A DNA stretch of 57,258 nt, the filler included, from Squatina squatina (taxonomy: Eukaryota), in NCBI GenBank assembly GCA_031763465.1. It is 4 parts of 3 records of this genome, joined end to end, with 100 filler letters (N's around TTAATTAATTAA, not from the genome) between each part and the next. Parts side by side here need not be neighbours in the genome. Positions count along the whole stretch, not along the records: positions 1 to 15,583 come from JARFOE010528070.1; 3 more parts are not named here. One strand, written 5' to 3'. Below the pieces are notes generated by a model. It saw only the letters and a list, made by a program, of their open reading frames with translations. It ran no database searches and was not told where the DNA came from. Within the stretch, counting starts at the first letter, position 1, and each line of letters opens with the position of its first letter. Made by a program: the position numbers and the translations under genes. Shown here one piece after another: positions 1 through 11,574 of the stretch.

Positions 1-75
1 CCCGAAACGTTGACTCTGTTTTTCTCTCCACAGATGCTGCCTGACCTGCTGAGTTTTTCCAGCAATTTTTGTTTG
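1..75 (+). mobile_element. Penelope-like element terminal-repeat fragment (cut by window edge)
   Basis: CCCGAAACGTTGACTCTGTTTTTCTCTCCACAGATGCTGCCTGACCTGCTGAG is nearly identical to 8839-8900, which is linked to a PLE endonuclease C-terminus. Confidence 0.7.
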
Positions 76-757
76 TTCTCTTTTTCCTTTATCCTGTGCA
101 GCTGAGCCACGGACTTGGGTCTTGCTGCATTCTTTCTGTCGTCGAAATGCAGCCGAGCTTCACAAAGTTAAAGCTGGGTTAGGCTCGTGCCTGACCTTGA
201 GTTCCGGTGTGTTAATATAAGTTATGTCTTACTGTTTATACTTCATGAATCCTGTTCTTTCCTACGTCAGTTCTGCCATGAAGCAGCTGTGCTGTGACAC
301 GCTCCTTCTGAGATCTTCTCCAATCTGTCGACTGTGCCCCACTCCCTGATACTGGGAGGAAACACATTATTCAGGGGTTGCATTTCAAGATTTTGCAATG
401 CCCACTGAATGCTTGCTCCTCTATTTTCCCAGGTTGGGCAGCCCCTCCCCCGGAAAGACTCGTGGATGCCCTTCTCTGTGTGTTTTTCCTAGTACAAGTG
501 AATTCAGTGAAAATTCTCGACATGGCTAAAAGTTCTCGATCGAAGCGAAGGATCTGGGAGATTTGATCAATGTGTTCAAGATTATAAACGGTTTGGTTAA
601 TTAGAGTGAAATTGTTCCCACTACCAGTAGGGAGGCACAGATTTAATGTAGTTGGCAGAACACCGGGGGAAATTATGAGATTATTTTACACTGTGATTTG
701 CTGTGATCAGGAATGCAATGCCTGAAATGCTGATGGAAGCAGATTCAATAGAAAGTC

Positions 758-1210
758 CTGTGTGTCTATAGCACCTTTTACTACATCTGGACATTCAAAT
801 GCGCAGTACGGCCAACAAAACACTTTTCAATATCAGTCACCTTTGTCATGTCGAGAAGACAGCAGTCAATTTGTGCTCACAAATGTCCCACAAACTGCAA
901 TGCAATGATGACCAGGCAATCTGATTTAATGATGTTAATTGAGTGACAAATTTTGATCTGGCCTCTGGGGAATCCTCTCTTGTTCTGCTTTGAAACAATG
1001 TCAAGAGATGCTTTCCGTACACCTGGGAGGGCTGACGTGGACTCGGTTTAACATCTTATTGGAAAAGCGGCACTTCCGGCAGTGCAGCACTCCCTCAGTA
1101 CTGCATTGAGGTGTAAGCACGAGTTTTGGGTTCACGTTTCTTGAGCAGGACTTTATCCACGACTATTTGACTCCAGGTCGAGAGTACTGCCACCGGGCCA
1201 TCGCTGACTC
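758..1210 (-). mobile_element. Degenerate tRNA-derived DeuSINE (SacSINE1-like)
   Basis: Minus strand reads CAGTACTGAGGGAGTGCTGCACTGCCGGAAGTGCCGCTTTTC... followed by an L2-like tail (...GCATTGCAGTTTGTGGGACATTTGTG...GGTGCTATAG), matching the recalled shark Deu-domain SINE layout. Other pieces occur at about 21820, 25150 and 50200. Confidence 0.6.
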
Positions 1211-1849
1211 CTTTATAAGGATAGTAATGTTCAAAAAGGGAATTGGAGATGTATTGAAAAGGAAATGTTTGCTGGTCTATGGGGGGAGTGAAGCTGAGGT
1301 GGACTAATCAAATTCCTATTTAAATAATCTGGAAAGGGACGATAGGGCTAATGGCCTCCATCAGTGCTGTACCATTCTACTCTGCTGCCATTGAGCGTGA
1401 TTGTCAATCATTAATATCAATGGAATGAAAGCTGAGGAAGAACATCAGCAATATCTGGATAAACCACCTGTGTGTGTGTGTGACTCTGGCAGTGATGGAG
1501 CTCGTGGAGATCCGAGCTCGATTACAAACGTAGAAGGTAGTTGAGAAAGTGTTATTGAGTGTGGAATCATAATTTATTGAGCCATTTAAAAGAGAATGAG
1601 ATGCACCGAAAGTCCAATCATTCTATAGGATGCATTATTAAGGATTAAGGGTTAGTTTTTCCAAGAATGTAAGCAATTTAGCAGCAAGATTATAAGGATT
1701 AACACAATTCATTTATTAAATATCTAGAAATACTAGTATACTAGAAATGATTCATTGAAGGAGTGATATTGGAATGGCAGTGATCAAGGGAATTTCAACT
1801 ATCTACAATAATCTGGAATTCAGGCACACTGACACCGTGAGATCAATCA

Positions 1850-2200
1850 ATGGGAACTGACAGGAGTCCCGGTTTACCGACACTCTTGCAAGTTTACTCA
1901 ATTTGAGAGGATTCCTGAGGGTCCGATAGTGGCTGAAATACTCCCAGTGTTTAAAATAAGGCCAGGAGAGATCGAATGGATGAGCACCTGGAGAGGATCA
2001 ATGTAAAAGCGAGTTATCACGGTCTGAGGGACGATGCTTCATTTTTAACTAACCTGCTGGCTTTTCTGAAACACATCGCTGTCCTGTTGGATGTGGGAAA
2101 TGCAGTTGGAATGAATCAGTCGGATTTTACCGATGCAGCAGACAAGGTTTCACATTTACAAGCAGTGAGGAATTATAGGATAGGTTGGGGATGTCTGGTA
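1850..2200 (+). mobile_element. Degenerate CR1 LINE RT fragment
   Basis: ORF 1976-2290 contains SFLTNLLAF...LDVGNAVGMNQSDFTDAADKVSH, a decayed form of CR1 SCLTNLIEFF...VDEGNAVDVVYMDFQKAFDKVPH (compare the better copy at 56530-57258). Confidence 0.55.
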
Positions 2201-4073
2201 CAAACAGCTAATTATAAAATGGAAGTAAATTATCGAAAATGGATAACAATGGAACATCTGGGATCTTCCTTCGTAGCTGCTTATTTTTAAAGACGTTTTA
2301 ATAGAATCTCGATGGGGGTTAGGTTATCTTAGAAACCAATAAAATGAAAATGATAGCAACGTAACTAACACAATAAAATCGTAGAAATTTCCTGGATGGG
2401 AGAAAATCAATTGATCCAATCTCTTTGTACTAGCTACTTTGATACTGCAATCAAAAACTACCCGCACTCTCCTCCTTTCTCTCCACAGACATTTATTTCC
2501 TCTGTTGCAGATATTCATGTAGTTTTCTCTTAACTATCCTCGTTGCTATTCTTTGAGGCAAAACATTCCATACAGCTGCAAAGCTTTTACATAAAGAAGT
2601 TTCTACTAACCTCTCTGCTCATTCCCTTTGGGAATATTTAATCGATCACCCTTTTATGCTGACTCACCGAATAGACGGCATAATCTCACCCTCTTCACTC
2701 TGCCAAAACTGTTCATAATGTTTAAAACCACTATTAAATCTCCTCTTAACTTTCACTGCTCCAGTAGACATAGTTCCAATATTTTGCCTGAACCCATCGT
2801 CAGTGTAGTTCTGATCCAGGGCACTATCCTGGTGTATCTGTATTGCGTGCTCTCAGTGGATTTAATGATCTTTCCACAATGAGGGGCCGAAACTGTACCT
2901 GGTCTCCTAACAGTGGCCTTACCAGCATTTTGTAAATGCTTACCATCACGTGTTCTTTTATTGTGATCTCTGGCCATGGTTATAGAATACAAATTACTGT
3001 TGTTTTTCTCTTGGATTTATCCACCTGCAAAAGTGCTTTCGTGGAAGTAGGTTTTTGTCTCTCTATGGCTCGCTGTCCATCCACACCCTTCAGTTCCTTC
3101 CCATTGTGAGCCTGCTCCCATTCCTTGGCGTTCCTCGCACAATCAGGCGGGATCACCAATTGAGAATATGCAGCTGATTCATTGTTGCTGTGTCTGTTCA
3201 CTAATATTTCCAGCAATGCACAAGGGCAAAATAAGACAATAGTTAACAAAGATTCTTCCCGACCGTCTGGAAGCGTTCTGCCAAACACAGAAGGCTGAAT
3301 ACCATTTGGATTTCATCTGAATATCTGTCAGCGTTTCTTTTATTGATAACTTGCATGAAATGTAATATTTAATCATTTTATGAAAAAGCATTCAGTTTTA
3401 TATTCTGTTTTGATTAAGAGACAGATTAGGACACAATGTCGATACTGTTACTCATGCCACTGTTATCCACAGCACAAATCAAGAGCAGACTCCATCTTCA
3501 TGCTGAGTGAGAGGCACCAGTCGGTGCACAGTCGAGGTTTTTAGTCAGTATCTGGGACAAACGAGGTGAAATGTCACATTGATCAGTCGAGTTCCGACTG
3601 TTTCCTCAATTCGAACACTGATCATGTGATCAATTGTTAATGACAAATGGTGTCGGATAGAGGTGCAATAGTCACACCAAAACCTCCAGAAAATGTACCC
3701 ATATCGGCAGTAGCAAGACCTTTGATTGCTGTGGCACTGAATAAACTGTATTGATGAATTTAAAGTGCTGTGTCCGATCCCAGTGTCTGCAGTGCAAGGT
3801 GAATTCCTCATTGCCCGCATGTTCGACTCCACTGCTGAACCTCATCGTTGTTATCTTTGATCCTTGAACGTGAAAAATGCTAAATTTCCAGGAATAGGTT
3901 ATGTTGACTTTGTGAAATAATGGTGACAAGCTAACGAAATACAGGCATCAAACACATGCTACAATACAGAAGAACTGGTCACACAGGAACTCACCCATTT
4001 TTCACATGACCAGAAAGAAGGTGGAAAAGATGGAAAAGAAGCTGACATTGAACTTCAGCTACGCAGAAGCTTG

Positions 4074-5002
4074 TCATTGACTTGATTCTTTTAATTCCCA
4101 CTTTCTAATTAATCTCAGAATCAATGTCCAGGGAAATATCACCACATTCTTCAGCTCTTCTCTGAACTTCCTCTGTGTCGCTGCATAAATGCACGGGTTT
4201 TGAATTGAACTTAAAAGCTTCAGCATGGCTCCGGTTTCAGTGGCGATATAAGCTGGGTTTGTGTGGCCACCTCGGTAATAAGTGGGGTTTGATAGTCTGG
4301 TAGATACAAAAGTCACTGCGCCTGTCAGCCACAAAAGTATAAAACAGCCCGATACAGCAAAGAGTAAAATGATGCATTTCCTTCGGCTTTCCATCTCTGT
4401 ATCGCTGTGATTCTCACTCCTGTGGCCCCGGAGTCCCCTGCGGGCTCTGCTGCCCACTAAAATCCGTCGGATGGTTAAAGAATTGAACAAGACAATTAAA
4501 GTAAAAGGAAGCCAAACGATCCAGACGGTGTGAAACCAGACACACCCTGCACCGAGAGGGGAGGAAACAAAAGCTACACTTGGCCCGTAGCCCCACTGCA
4601 CCTTGTTAATAATGTGCTGAGGTCCATAGATAAACAAAAAGGGAATATTCCTGAAAAAACTGAACACAGAGAATGTTGTTATAACTGCGGCTGCAGTTCT
4701 CGCGGTGCAATACTTTGTTTTAAACTTCTGGCAGCAGATAACGACAAATCGGTCAAATGTGAAGGAGACGGTGAACCACACAGACAAATCGAGGGCCACA
4801 GCAGTCATGTACAGAATGAACTCACACACGGGAGTGTGGGATAGGAAGGACAGTGGAAAGTGATAACTGAAAATATAATACAGCATCACATTGACGATCA
4901 TGACCAGTAGATCTGCTGTTGCCATGGACACCATGTAGACAGAGATACACTTGGAAAGGCCGCAGTTTCCTCGGGAGAGAATCACGATTGTCACCAAGTT
5001 CG
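4074..5002 (-). CDS. Class A orphan GPCR, GPR139/GPR142-like (expanded elasmobranch family), exon 2
   Basis: Strong acceptor ttctctcctctctctttcttacag|CG AAC TTG. Open frame with TM1-end to TM7 hydrophobic segments, TM2 MATADLLV, TM3 Cys and FDRF (DRY variant), TM5 Pro and TM7 NPCIY. Stop TGA ends at 4074. With exon 1 the total is 70+929=999 nt, giving 332 aa. Confidence 0.88.
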
Positions 5003-5385
5003 CTGTAAGAAAGAGAGAGGAGAGAAATAATGTTCCAGTTTCTGATTGAACTGCTCATTCTGCTCCATTCAGTGTGATTATCAATACGTAACCCACCCAC
5101 ACATTTTACTGAGCTGCTGTAGCGCTCAGTCTGCACGGGGTGGCGAGACAATCCGAAAATCCGCTAAACTCCTTCTGTCGGAGTTTCAGAACACGTTGCA
5201 ACTTCAGAAAGTTTATTGGATTAAGGGGAATATGGCAATTTCCGACTCGCAGTTCAAGAGTTGGTTCCAGTCACTACCGACTGTGTAATGCTGACATGTA
5301 GAAAACACGTTAGCTTCTCCAAGAAGCGATGTTAACAGGGAGACAGTTAACACCAATTAGTCACAAACAGGTTACAATGGCTCAC

Positions 5386-5455
5386 CGGGAAAACCGACAG
5401 CTGCCAGAATCGGATAGTAAATATCTTTGGTCAGAAAAATAGGAGGTCGCTCCAT
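5386..5455 (-). CDS. GPR139-like GPCR exon 1 (MERPPIFLTKDIYYPILAAVGFP)
   Basis: ATG at 5455, 23 codons plus 1 nt, donor CCCG|gtgag. Phase 1 joins exon 2 to give ...VGFPANLVTIVIL, completing TM1. The supplied ORF track misses this exon. Confidence 0.85.
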
Positions 5456-5516
5456 TTTCTGTGAGATTGGGTGAATTCTGTCGGAGATGAAAGTCTCTGA
5501 CTTGCGTATGTAAGGG

Positions 5517-5585
5517 AACCTATATTTATCCACACATCAATCCTCCAGCGAGTCAATCAGGTTAAATCATAATTAGCATTAGTTA
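5517..5585 (-). promoter_or_regulatory. Candidate proximal promoter of the GPCR (TATA-like and homeodomain-like motifs)
   Basis: Minus strand has GATAAATATAG about 65-75 nt upstream of the ATG, preceded by CTAATGCTAATTATGATTTAACC. Motif inspection only. Confidence 0.3.
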
Positions 5586-5719
5586 CAGTCATTTAACAAA
5601 TAGAATCAGATAAATGGTTATTCTTGCCTGATACGTCAGATTGAGAAATATGTGAAATTGTTATTGTACAGTTTTTAAAAATAAACAATTAAAACATTGT
5701 GTACAAGTGGAAAGTGAAA

Positions 5720-7452
5720 TCTCCCAGTACTAGAGCTCAGCCCATTCTTACTGTACTGCTGCAGGCATCATGACCCTGCCCTTGATTCACTCCTAGTGCA
5801 CAAAGTTCTCCAGAACAGGCGGAGAAACACATCCTGCAATACTGGTGCTGAAGCCAGTGAAGCATCACTAGAGGTGTCCGTCTCCTCCTGTACTTGTCCT
5901 ACCATACAGTTACACTAGGTTTGTCCATGCTCCTCAGGTACTAGTAGCCTGCCTACACTTGAACAGGCTCCTATGCTAATAGTGGCAGCATTACACTAAC
6001 ACCACTATTGACTGAGCTGCTCCAGTGCAAGTGTTACGCCGCCACTGCCATTAGATGTGTGCGTGTGTTCTCCAGTACTAGTGGTACTGCGCCACTGCCA
6101 TTAGATGTGTGTGTCTGTTCACCAGTTCTAGTGGTACCCCAGCACTGCCATTAGATGTGTGCGTGTGTACTCCAGTGCTAGTGGTACTGCGCCACTGCCA
6201 TTAGATGTTTGCGTGTGTACTCCAGTGCTAGTGGTGCTGCACCACTGCCATTAGATGTGTACATGTGTTCTCCAGTGCTAGTGGTAGCCCGCCACTGCCA
6301 TTAGATGTGTGCGTGTGTTCTCCAGTACTGGTGTTACCCTGCCACTGCCATTTGATGTGTGCGTGTGTTCTCCAGTGCTAGTGGTACTGCGCCACTGCCA
6401 TTAGATGTGTGCGTGTGTTCTCCAGTGCTAGTGGTACTGCGCCACTGCCATTAGATGTGTCCGTGTGTTCTCCAGTGCTAGTCGTGCCGCTACTCTTACA
6501 CTAGAGTTGTTCGTGCTTATTCCGCACTCTGTGCCCCTACATTTACAGTAGAGATGACTGTGCATCCATGGTATATTGGGACACAACATTTACAGTAGAG
6601 GTGGCCGTGCTCCTGCTGTACCATTGGTCCCCCTACATTTATATTGGAGGTGACCATGCTCCTCCTGCACTAGAAGTGCCCCTATAAAGTACACTAGGTT
6701 TGTGCATGCTCTTTTGGTAACAGTGGAATTACTAGAATTCCTCCTCATGTACTAGTGTCATGCCTACACTTTCACTTACACTGAACCTGGTCCTCCTGTA
6801 ATAGTGGCATGCCTGCACTTCAACTGACAATTACTGTGCTCCTCTTGTACTAGTGACATGCCAACACCTACACTTATAATGAGCCTGCTCCCCATAAACT
6901 AATGTTAACTCTACACTTACACTTACACTCCTCATGTACTAAAGTGATTGCTTCACTTGCACCGGTGGTCACCGTGCTCCTCCGATACTTGTGGTAACGC
7001 TGCATTTACGCTAGATTGGTGCATGCTGCTCTGTTAATAGTCATATCAATAAAAATGTGGTACCAATGACCCTGCTCATCTGCTCTTGGTACACCAATGA
7101 TACACCACATTTACAATGGAGATAACAGTGCTCCAACGGTATGAGTGATAGCCTACCTTTACACTAGGGGTGAGTGCGTTGCTCTCCTATTAGTGGTACC
7201 CCTACACTTAAACCGGAGGTGGCGTGTTACTCTTGTATTAGTGATACGCCTAATATTAAACTAGGGTCAAACATGTTATTATTTTATTAACAGTGTCCCT
7301 ACAATGACACTGCGGATAACATTGCTCCTCCAGCACTAGTTGTGCCACTACACTTGCACTAGTTGTGACCATGCTCCTTCAGCACCGTTGGCACCCTACA
7401 CATACACAAGAGATAACCGTGTTCTTCCGCTACTTGTGGCACTGCTACATTT
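5720..7452. repeat. Satellite/minisatellite array, about 47-50-bp unit (left arm)
   Basis: About nine well-conserved 50-bp units GCCACTGCCATTAGATGTGTGCGTGTGTTCTCCAGTGCTAGTGGTACTGC at 6041-6490, flanked by decayed units (CCTACACTTACACTAG...GTGCTCCTCC...TACTAGTGG). Confidence 0.85.
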
Positions 7453-8292
7453 CTTAGGCAGTTCCTTGGGGAAGACAGTGACATACTTCCACTCCAGTGT
7501 TATGGGCTCAGAGGTGACGAAATAGCCCAACACGGGATCCACAATCTCTGCCACAGATGGTGTTTGATGGGGCGAGGAGATGGGATGCTCGAGTCTTCAC
7601 ACTTCCCTCCGTGGCTTGTGCTAGGCTTCCGCGTGCTCCTGTCTAATAAGCTCAAAGTGATCGATGCCTTCAGGATGGTTCTCCTCCACTTCCGGCGGTC
7701 TTGGACCAGGAATGTTTCATTTTGTTTCAGCGGGCTTTTGAGGGCGTCCTTGAAGCGATTTGTCATCCTACCTAGTAATTGATTGCTGTGACAGAGCGTG
7801 CAGTCGAGTGCTTGTTTCGGGAATCTTGTGTAAGGCCTGCGGAGGATGTGGCCCGCCCACCACAGCTGATTGAGCGTGGTCAGTCCCTGATGCTTGGGTT
7901 GCTGGCCTGAAAAAGGACAGTGATATTATTACGCCTATCCTACCAATAGATTTGCAGGATGCTGCGGAGGCAACGTTGGGGATATTCTCCAATGTTTTGA
8001 GGTGTCTGCTTTACATTGTCCATGTCTCTGACGCAGAAAATAAGACAGGTAGCACTGCTGCCCTGTAGACCATGATCTCCGTGATGGGTTTGAAGTTTTG
8101 GTCTTCAAACACTCTTTTCCTCAGGTGACCCATGGCTGTACTGGCACACTGGCGGTGGTGTTGGCTTTCATCGTCGATGACTAGCGTCGCTGAGAGGAGG
8201 TTACCAACTTCTGGAAATTGGTTCATGGTGTCCAAGGTGTAACCGAGGATCTTTGTAGAATAGGGTTGATCAAGGACATTTATCTTTCAGAT

Positions 8293-8949
8293 TCCAAACA
8301 AAAAAAGCTGGAAAAACTCAGCAGGTCAGGCAGCATCTGTGGAGAGATAAACAGAGTCAACGTTTCGGGTCAATAACCCTTAGTCAGAACTGAAAATAGG
8401 CGGAAATACACCAATTTTAAAGCACTGACAGGCAAAGGGGTGGGGTTGGGAGGGAAAGGGAAGGACAAAGGGGAACATAATACTGTGATTGCCTGGAAGG
8501 CAGATGAGATTAGGAGATGATGCAAGGCAGTCAGAGGTGGTAATGGCAACATTATGAAGCACATTGCATTCAGATGGGGTGTAAACGGGGGAAAAACAGA
8601 AGCAGCCATTAGAGGGAAACGAAAAATAGACCTGATTTAAAATGATGAAATGATAAAAATGAAAAAGAATGATAGAGCAGAAGTTATGCTCTGAAATTGT
8701 TGAACTCAGTGTTAAGTCCAGAAGGCTGTAAAGTGTCTAATCGAAAGATGAGGTGCTTTTCCTCGACTCCTTTGCCTGACAGTGCTTTAAAACTTGCTGT
8801 ATTTCCGGCTTTTTTCAGTTCTGATGAAGGGTCATTGACCCGAAACGTTGACTCTGTTTTTCTCTCCACAGATGCTACCTGACCTACTGAGTTTTTCGAA
8901 CTTTTTTTTGTATTCTAGATTCCAGCATCCGCAGTATCTCGCTTCTGTG
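8293..8949 (-). mobile_element. 5'-truncated Penelope-like element with inverted terminal repeat, nested in the RTE
   Basis: Minus 8684-8766 encodes EEKHLIFRLDTLQPSGLNTEFNNFRA*, typical of the PLE GIY-YIG endonuclease C-terminus. The 3' repeat at about 8293-8445 (minus) is mirrored by an inverted copy at about 8767-8949 (plus). Direct repeat TATCTTTCAGAT at 8281-8292 and 8950-8961. The RTE reading frame resumes across the insertion. Confidence 0.82.
8817..8853 (+). ncRNA. Minimal type I hammerhead ribozyme motif (PLE-associated)
   Basis: AGTT-CTGATGA-A-GGGTC-ATT-GACCC-GAAA-CG-TT-GACT. Core CUGAUGA and GAAA, 5-bp stem II, stem I AGUU/GACU, palindromic AACGTT in place of stem III. Confidence 0.7.
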
Positions 8950-10161
8950 TATCTTTCAGATGTTGAGCGTAAGGCCCATCCTCGCGTATACCTCAGTGAA
9001 TTAATCCATGATGGTCTGGGGCTCGGCCTCTAGGTAAGGCCCATCCTCGCGTATACCTCAGTGAATTAATCCATGATGGGTTGGAGCTCGGCCTCCGAGT
9101 GTGCGCGCATGCAAGTGTCGTCTGCATACTGCAACGCGATGACAGAGTTTGGAGTGATCTTGGTTCTGGGATGGAGGCGATGAAGGTTGAACAGTTTTTC
9201 ACTCATCCTGTAGATTAGCTCCACTCCAGCGGGGTGCTTCATGGAGAAGCGTTGGAGTGTTTTGGCGAAGAAGAGGGAGAAGAGCATTGGTGCAATGATG
9301 GCACATTGCTTGAACACAATTGTCAATTTCCTTGGTTCTGTGATGGATCCATTGGTAAGAATCATGACTTGCACAACATCATGGAGCAGGCAGAAGATGG
9401 TGATGAATATTTGCGGCCAGCCAATTTTGAGACGGACACCCAATACTCTCTCCTGTTGACAGAGTAGGAGGACATTGTGAGGTCAATGAAGGCCATGTAC
9501 AGGGTTTGAAGCTGCTCTCTCCCTTTGTTTTGGAATGTCATATGATGAAGATCATTTCCATTGTACATCTTCTTGGGCGGAATCAGCATTGTGACTCTGG
9601 GAGCAGCTCTTCAACATCTGGGAGCAGGCAGTTGAAATGGATTTTCGCGATGACCTTCCCTGTGGCAGACAGTAGGTAGATCCCTATGTAGTTTCTGTAA
9701 TTGGACCTGTCTCGTCATGATTACACCTTCACTGAGCTCCCCTGACATGGTCTCCACCCTCCAGATAAGGGAGATGAAATCATGGTTGGTGCCAAGTGTA
9801 CTTTTCTGCCCTGTTTCAGTATTTCGATGGGGATTTCTATTGCAACAGAGGCCTTATTGTTTCTCAGCTGTTGGATAGTATTTTCAACATCATGTCAGGC
9901 TGGGCTTGTGCCGAGATAATGGCGGGTAGCATGTTGTGGAATAGAATCAAGGACAATTAGGTTGAAGACCAAGTCTTGGTTGAGGAGGTCCCCGAGTTGC
10001 TCCTTCCAGTGGGCGTTGACTGCCTCTCTGGCCTTGATGGGCACCTCTCCTTTCTTAGCTCTCAGCAGAGTAGGTTGCTTGGGCCACAATGGTCTTGCTT
10101 GCGCTGAAGAAAGCACAAACGTCGTGTTTGTTGACTAGTTACTGGATTTCCTGCGTTTGCA

Positions 10162-10990
10162 CTACATTTAGACTCTTAGTAACCATGCTATTTCAGTACA
10201 TGTGGTACTCTCACATTCAGTAGAGATAACAATGCTTCTCTGGTACTTGCTGTACTCCTACATTTACACCAGACGTGACCATTCTCTTTCAGTACCTGTG
10301 GCACCCTACACATACACTAGAGATAACCGTGCTCCTCCAGTGCTAGTGGTACCTACACATACACTAGAGATAACCGTGCTCNNNNNNNNNNNNNNNNNNN
10401 NNNNNNNNNNNNNNNNNNNNNNNNNNNNNNNNNNNNNNNNNNNNNNNNNNNNNNNNNNNNNNNNNNNNNNNNNNNNNNNNNACCTACACATACACTAGAG
10501 ATAACCGTGCTCCTCCAGTGCTAGTGGTACCTACACATACACTAGAGATAACCGTGCTCCTCCAGTACTAGTGGTAGCAACACATACACTAGAGATAACC
10601 GTGCTCCTCCAGTGGTACCTACACATACACTAGAGATAACCGTGCTCCTCCAGTGGTACCTACACATACACTAGAGATAACCGTGCTCCTCCAGTGCTAG
10701 TGGTACCTACACATACACTAGAGATAACCGTGCTACTCCAGTAAGGTACACTGAAAATTGCAATGTTACTGACCGTACTCATTCAGCACCGAGACACACC
10801 CGAGAACTGTACTTGCCTCTCCGATACCAATATTATCTCTACACTTACTCTAGATATAAGCATTCTCCTCCTTTACTAGTGGCACCGACACATATATTAG
10901 AACTCATCGTGCTCCTCCGGTACTACTGCAACACTTGCACTTTTAGTATGTTGAATGTGCTTCTCCGATCCCGGTGGAACATTACACTTA
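10162..10990. repeat. Satellite/minisatellite array, 47-bp unit (right arm)
   Basis: Tandem TAGAGATAACCGTGCTCCTCCAGTGCTAGTGGTACCTACACATACAC at about 10300-10740, with 41-bp deletion variants and an assembly gap at 10382-10481. Same family as the units just before 7452. Confidence 0.85.
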
Positions 10991-11574
10991 CATGAGAGGT
11001 GACCCGTGCGGCACGTGCGGTGCAAATGTCCGGCGCTGATTTTCCAACTGTCAAAAATGTTCAGCACTGGCCCTGGCTCCTGGACTAAACTGTGCACTTG
11101 TTCCTTTCGGAAGTTCTCGTTCACCTACCCGTAATACCACTAACAAACACCCAGAGAGACGCTGCTTGTTGCTTGGTGGTGTTTGTCAGGAGTGATTCCT
11201 ATTGGACTCAATGTATTCGTGTCGTGTACTTGAGGAAACATTTTAAGTTTACAATGACTGTCTTTGGCCTTTCTGCAGTGCCTCTCCACCTGCGCACTGG
11301 TGGACCTTCCTCTGTTCCTGAGCATATGAAGAACAGGGAGATGTAAATGGTGAGGAGCCGCAGGGCAAGCAGGCAGCTGGAGCCTCGCTTCAGGAAGAAC
11401 TCGCCCAGGAGAGCCCAGTGCCCGCTGTCAGATACCTGTGACTACAGGTCAGACACGGTACCAGAACAGGAATAAGACCCGAGACGTCTGATATATAAAC
11501 CAGTCATGCTGTCACCGAGCTCTCCTCCACAACTACCGAGGATCCTGTCTGAAAACATCCTGATTCTCTTTAAA

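Larger units (their letters stand above)
7453..10161 (-). mobile_element. 5'-truncated, decayed RTE-clade LINE
   Basis: Minus-strand peptides include LYMAFIDLT, KQCAIIAPMLFSLF, ALQYADD (RT active site), GLTLNI*KINVL, VYRAAVLPVLFSASETWT and KRFKDALK-like. The 3' end is ...GAACTGCCTAAGA. Many stops and frameshifts. Candidate TSD CTACATTT at 7445-7452 and 10162-10169. Confidence 0.85.

Noticed and set aside
6041-6490. Regular repeats that superficially resemble a CRISPR array
   Set aside because: Units are head-to-tail with no unique spacers, there are no cas genes, and the DNA is vertebrate.
11279-11500. Acceptor-like site, purine-rich open stretch and TATATAAA at about 11491
   Set aside because: All frames from the acceptor stop early and no product is recognisable. 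A similar unassigned candidate at about 12671-12815 is also unsupported.
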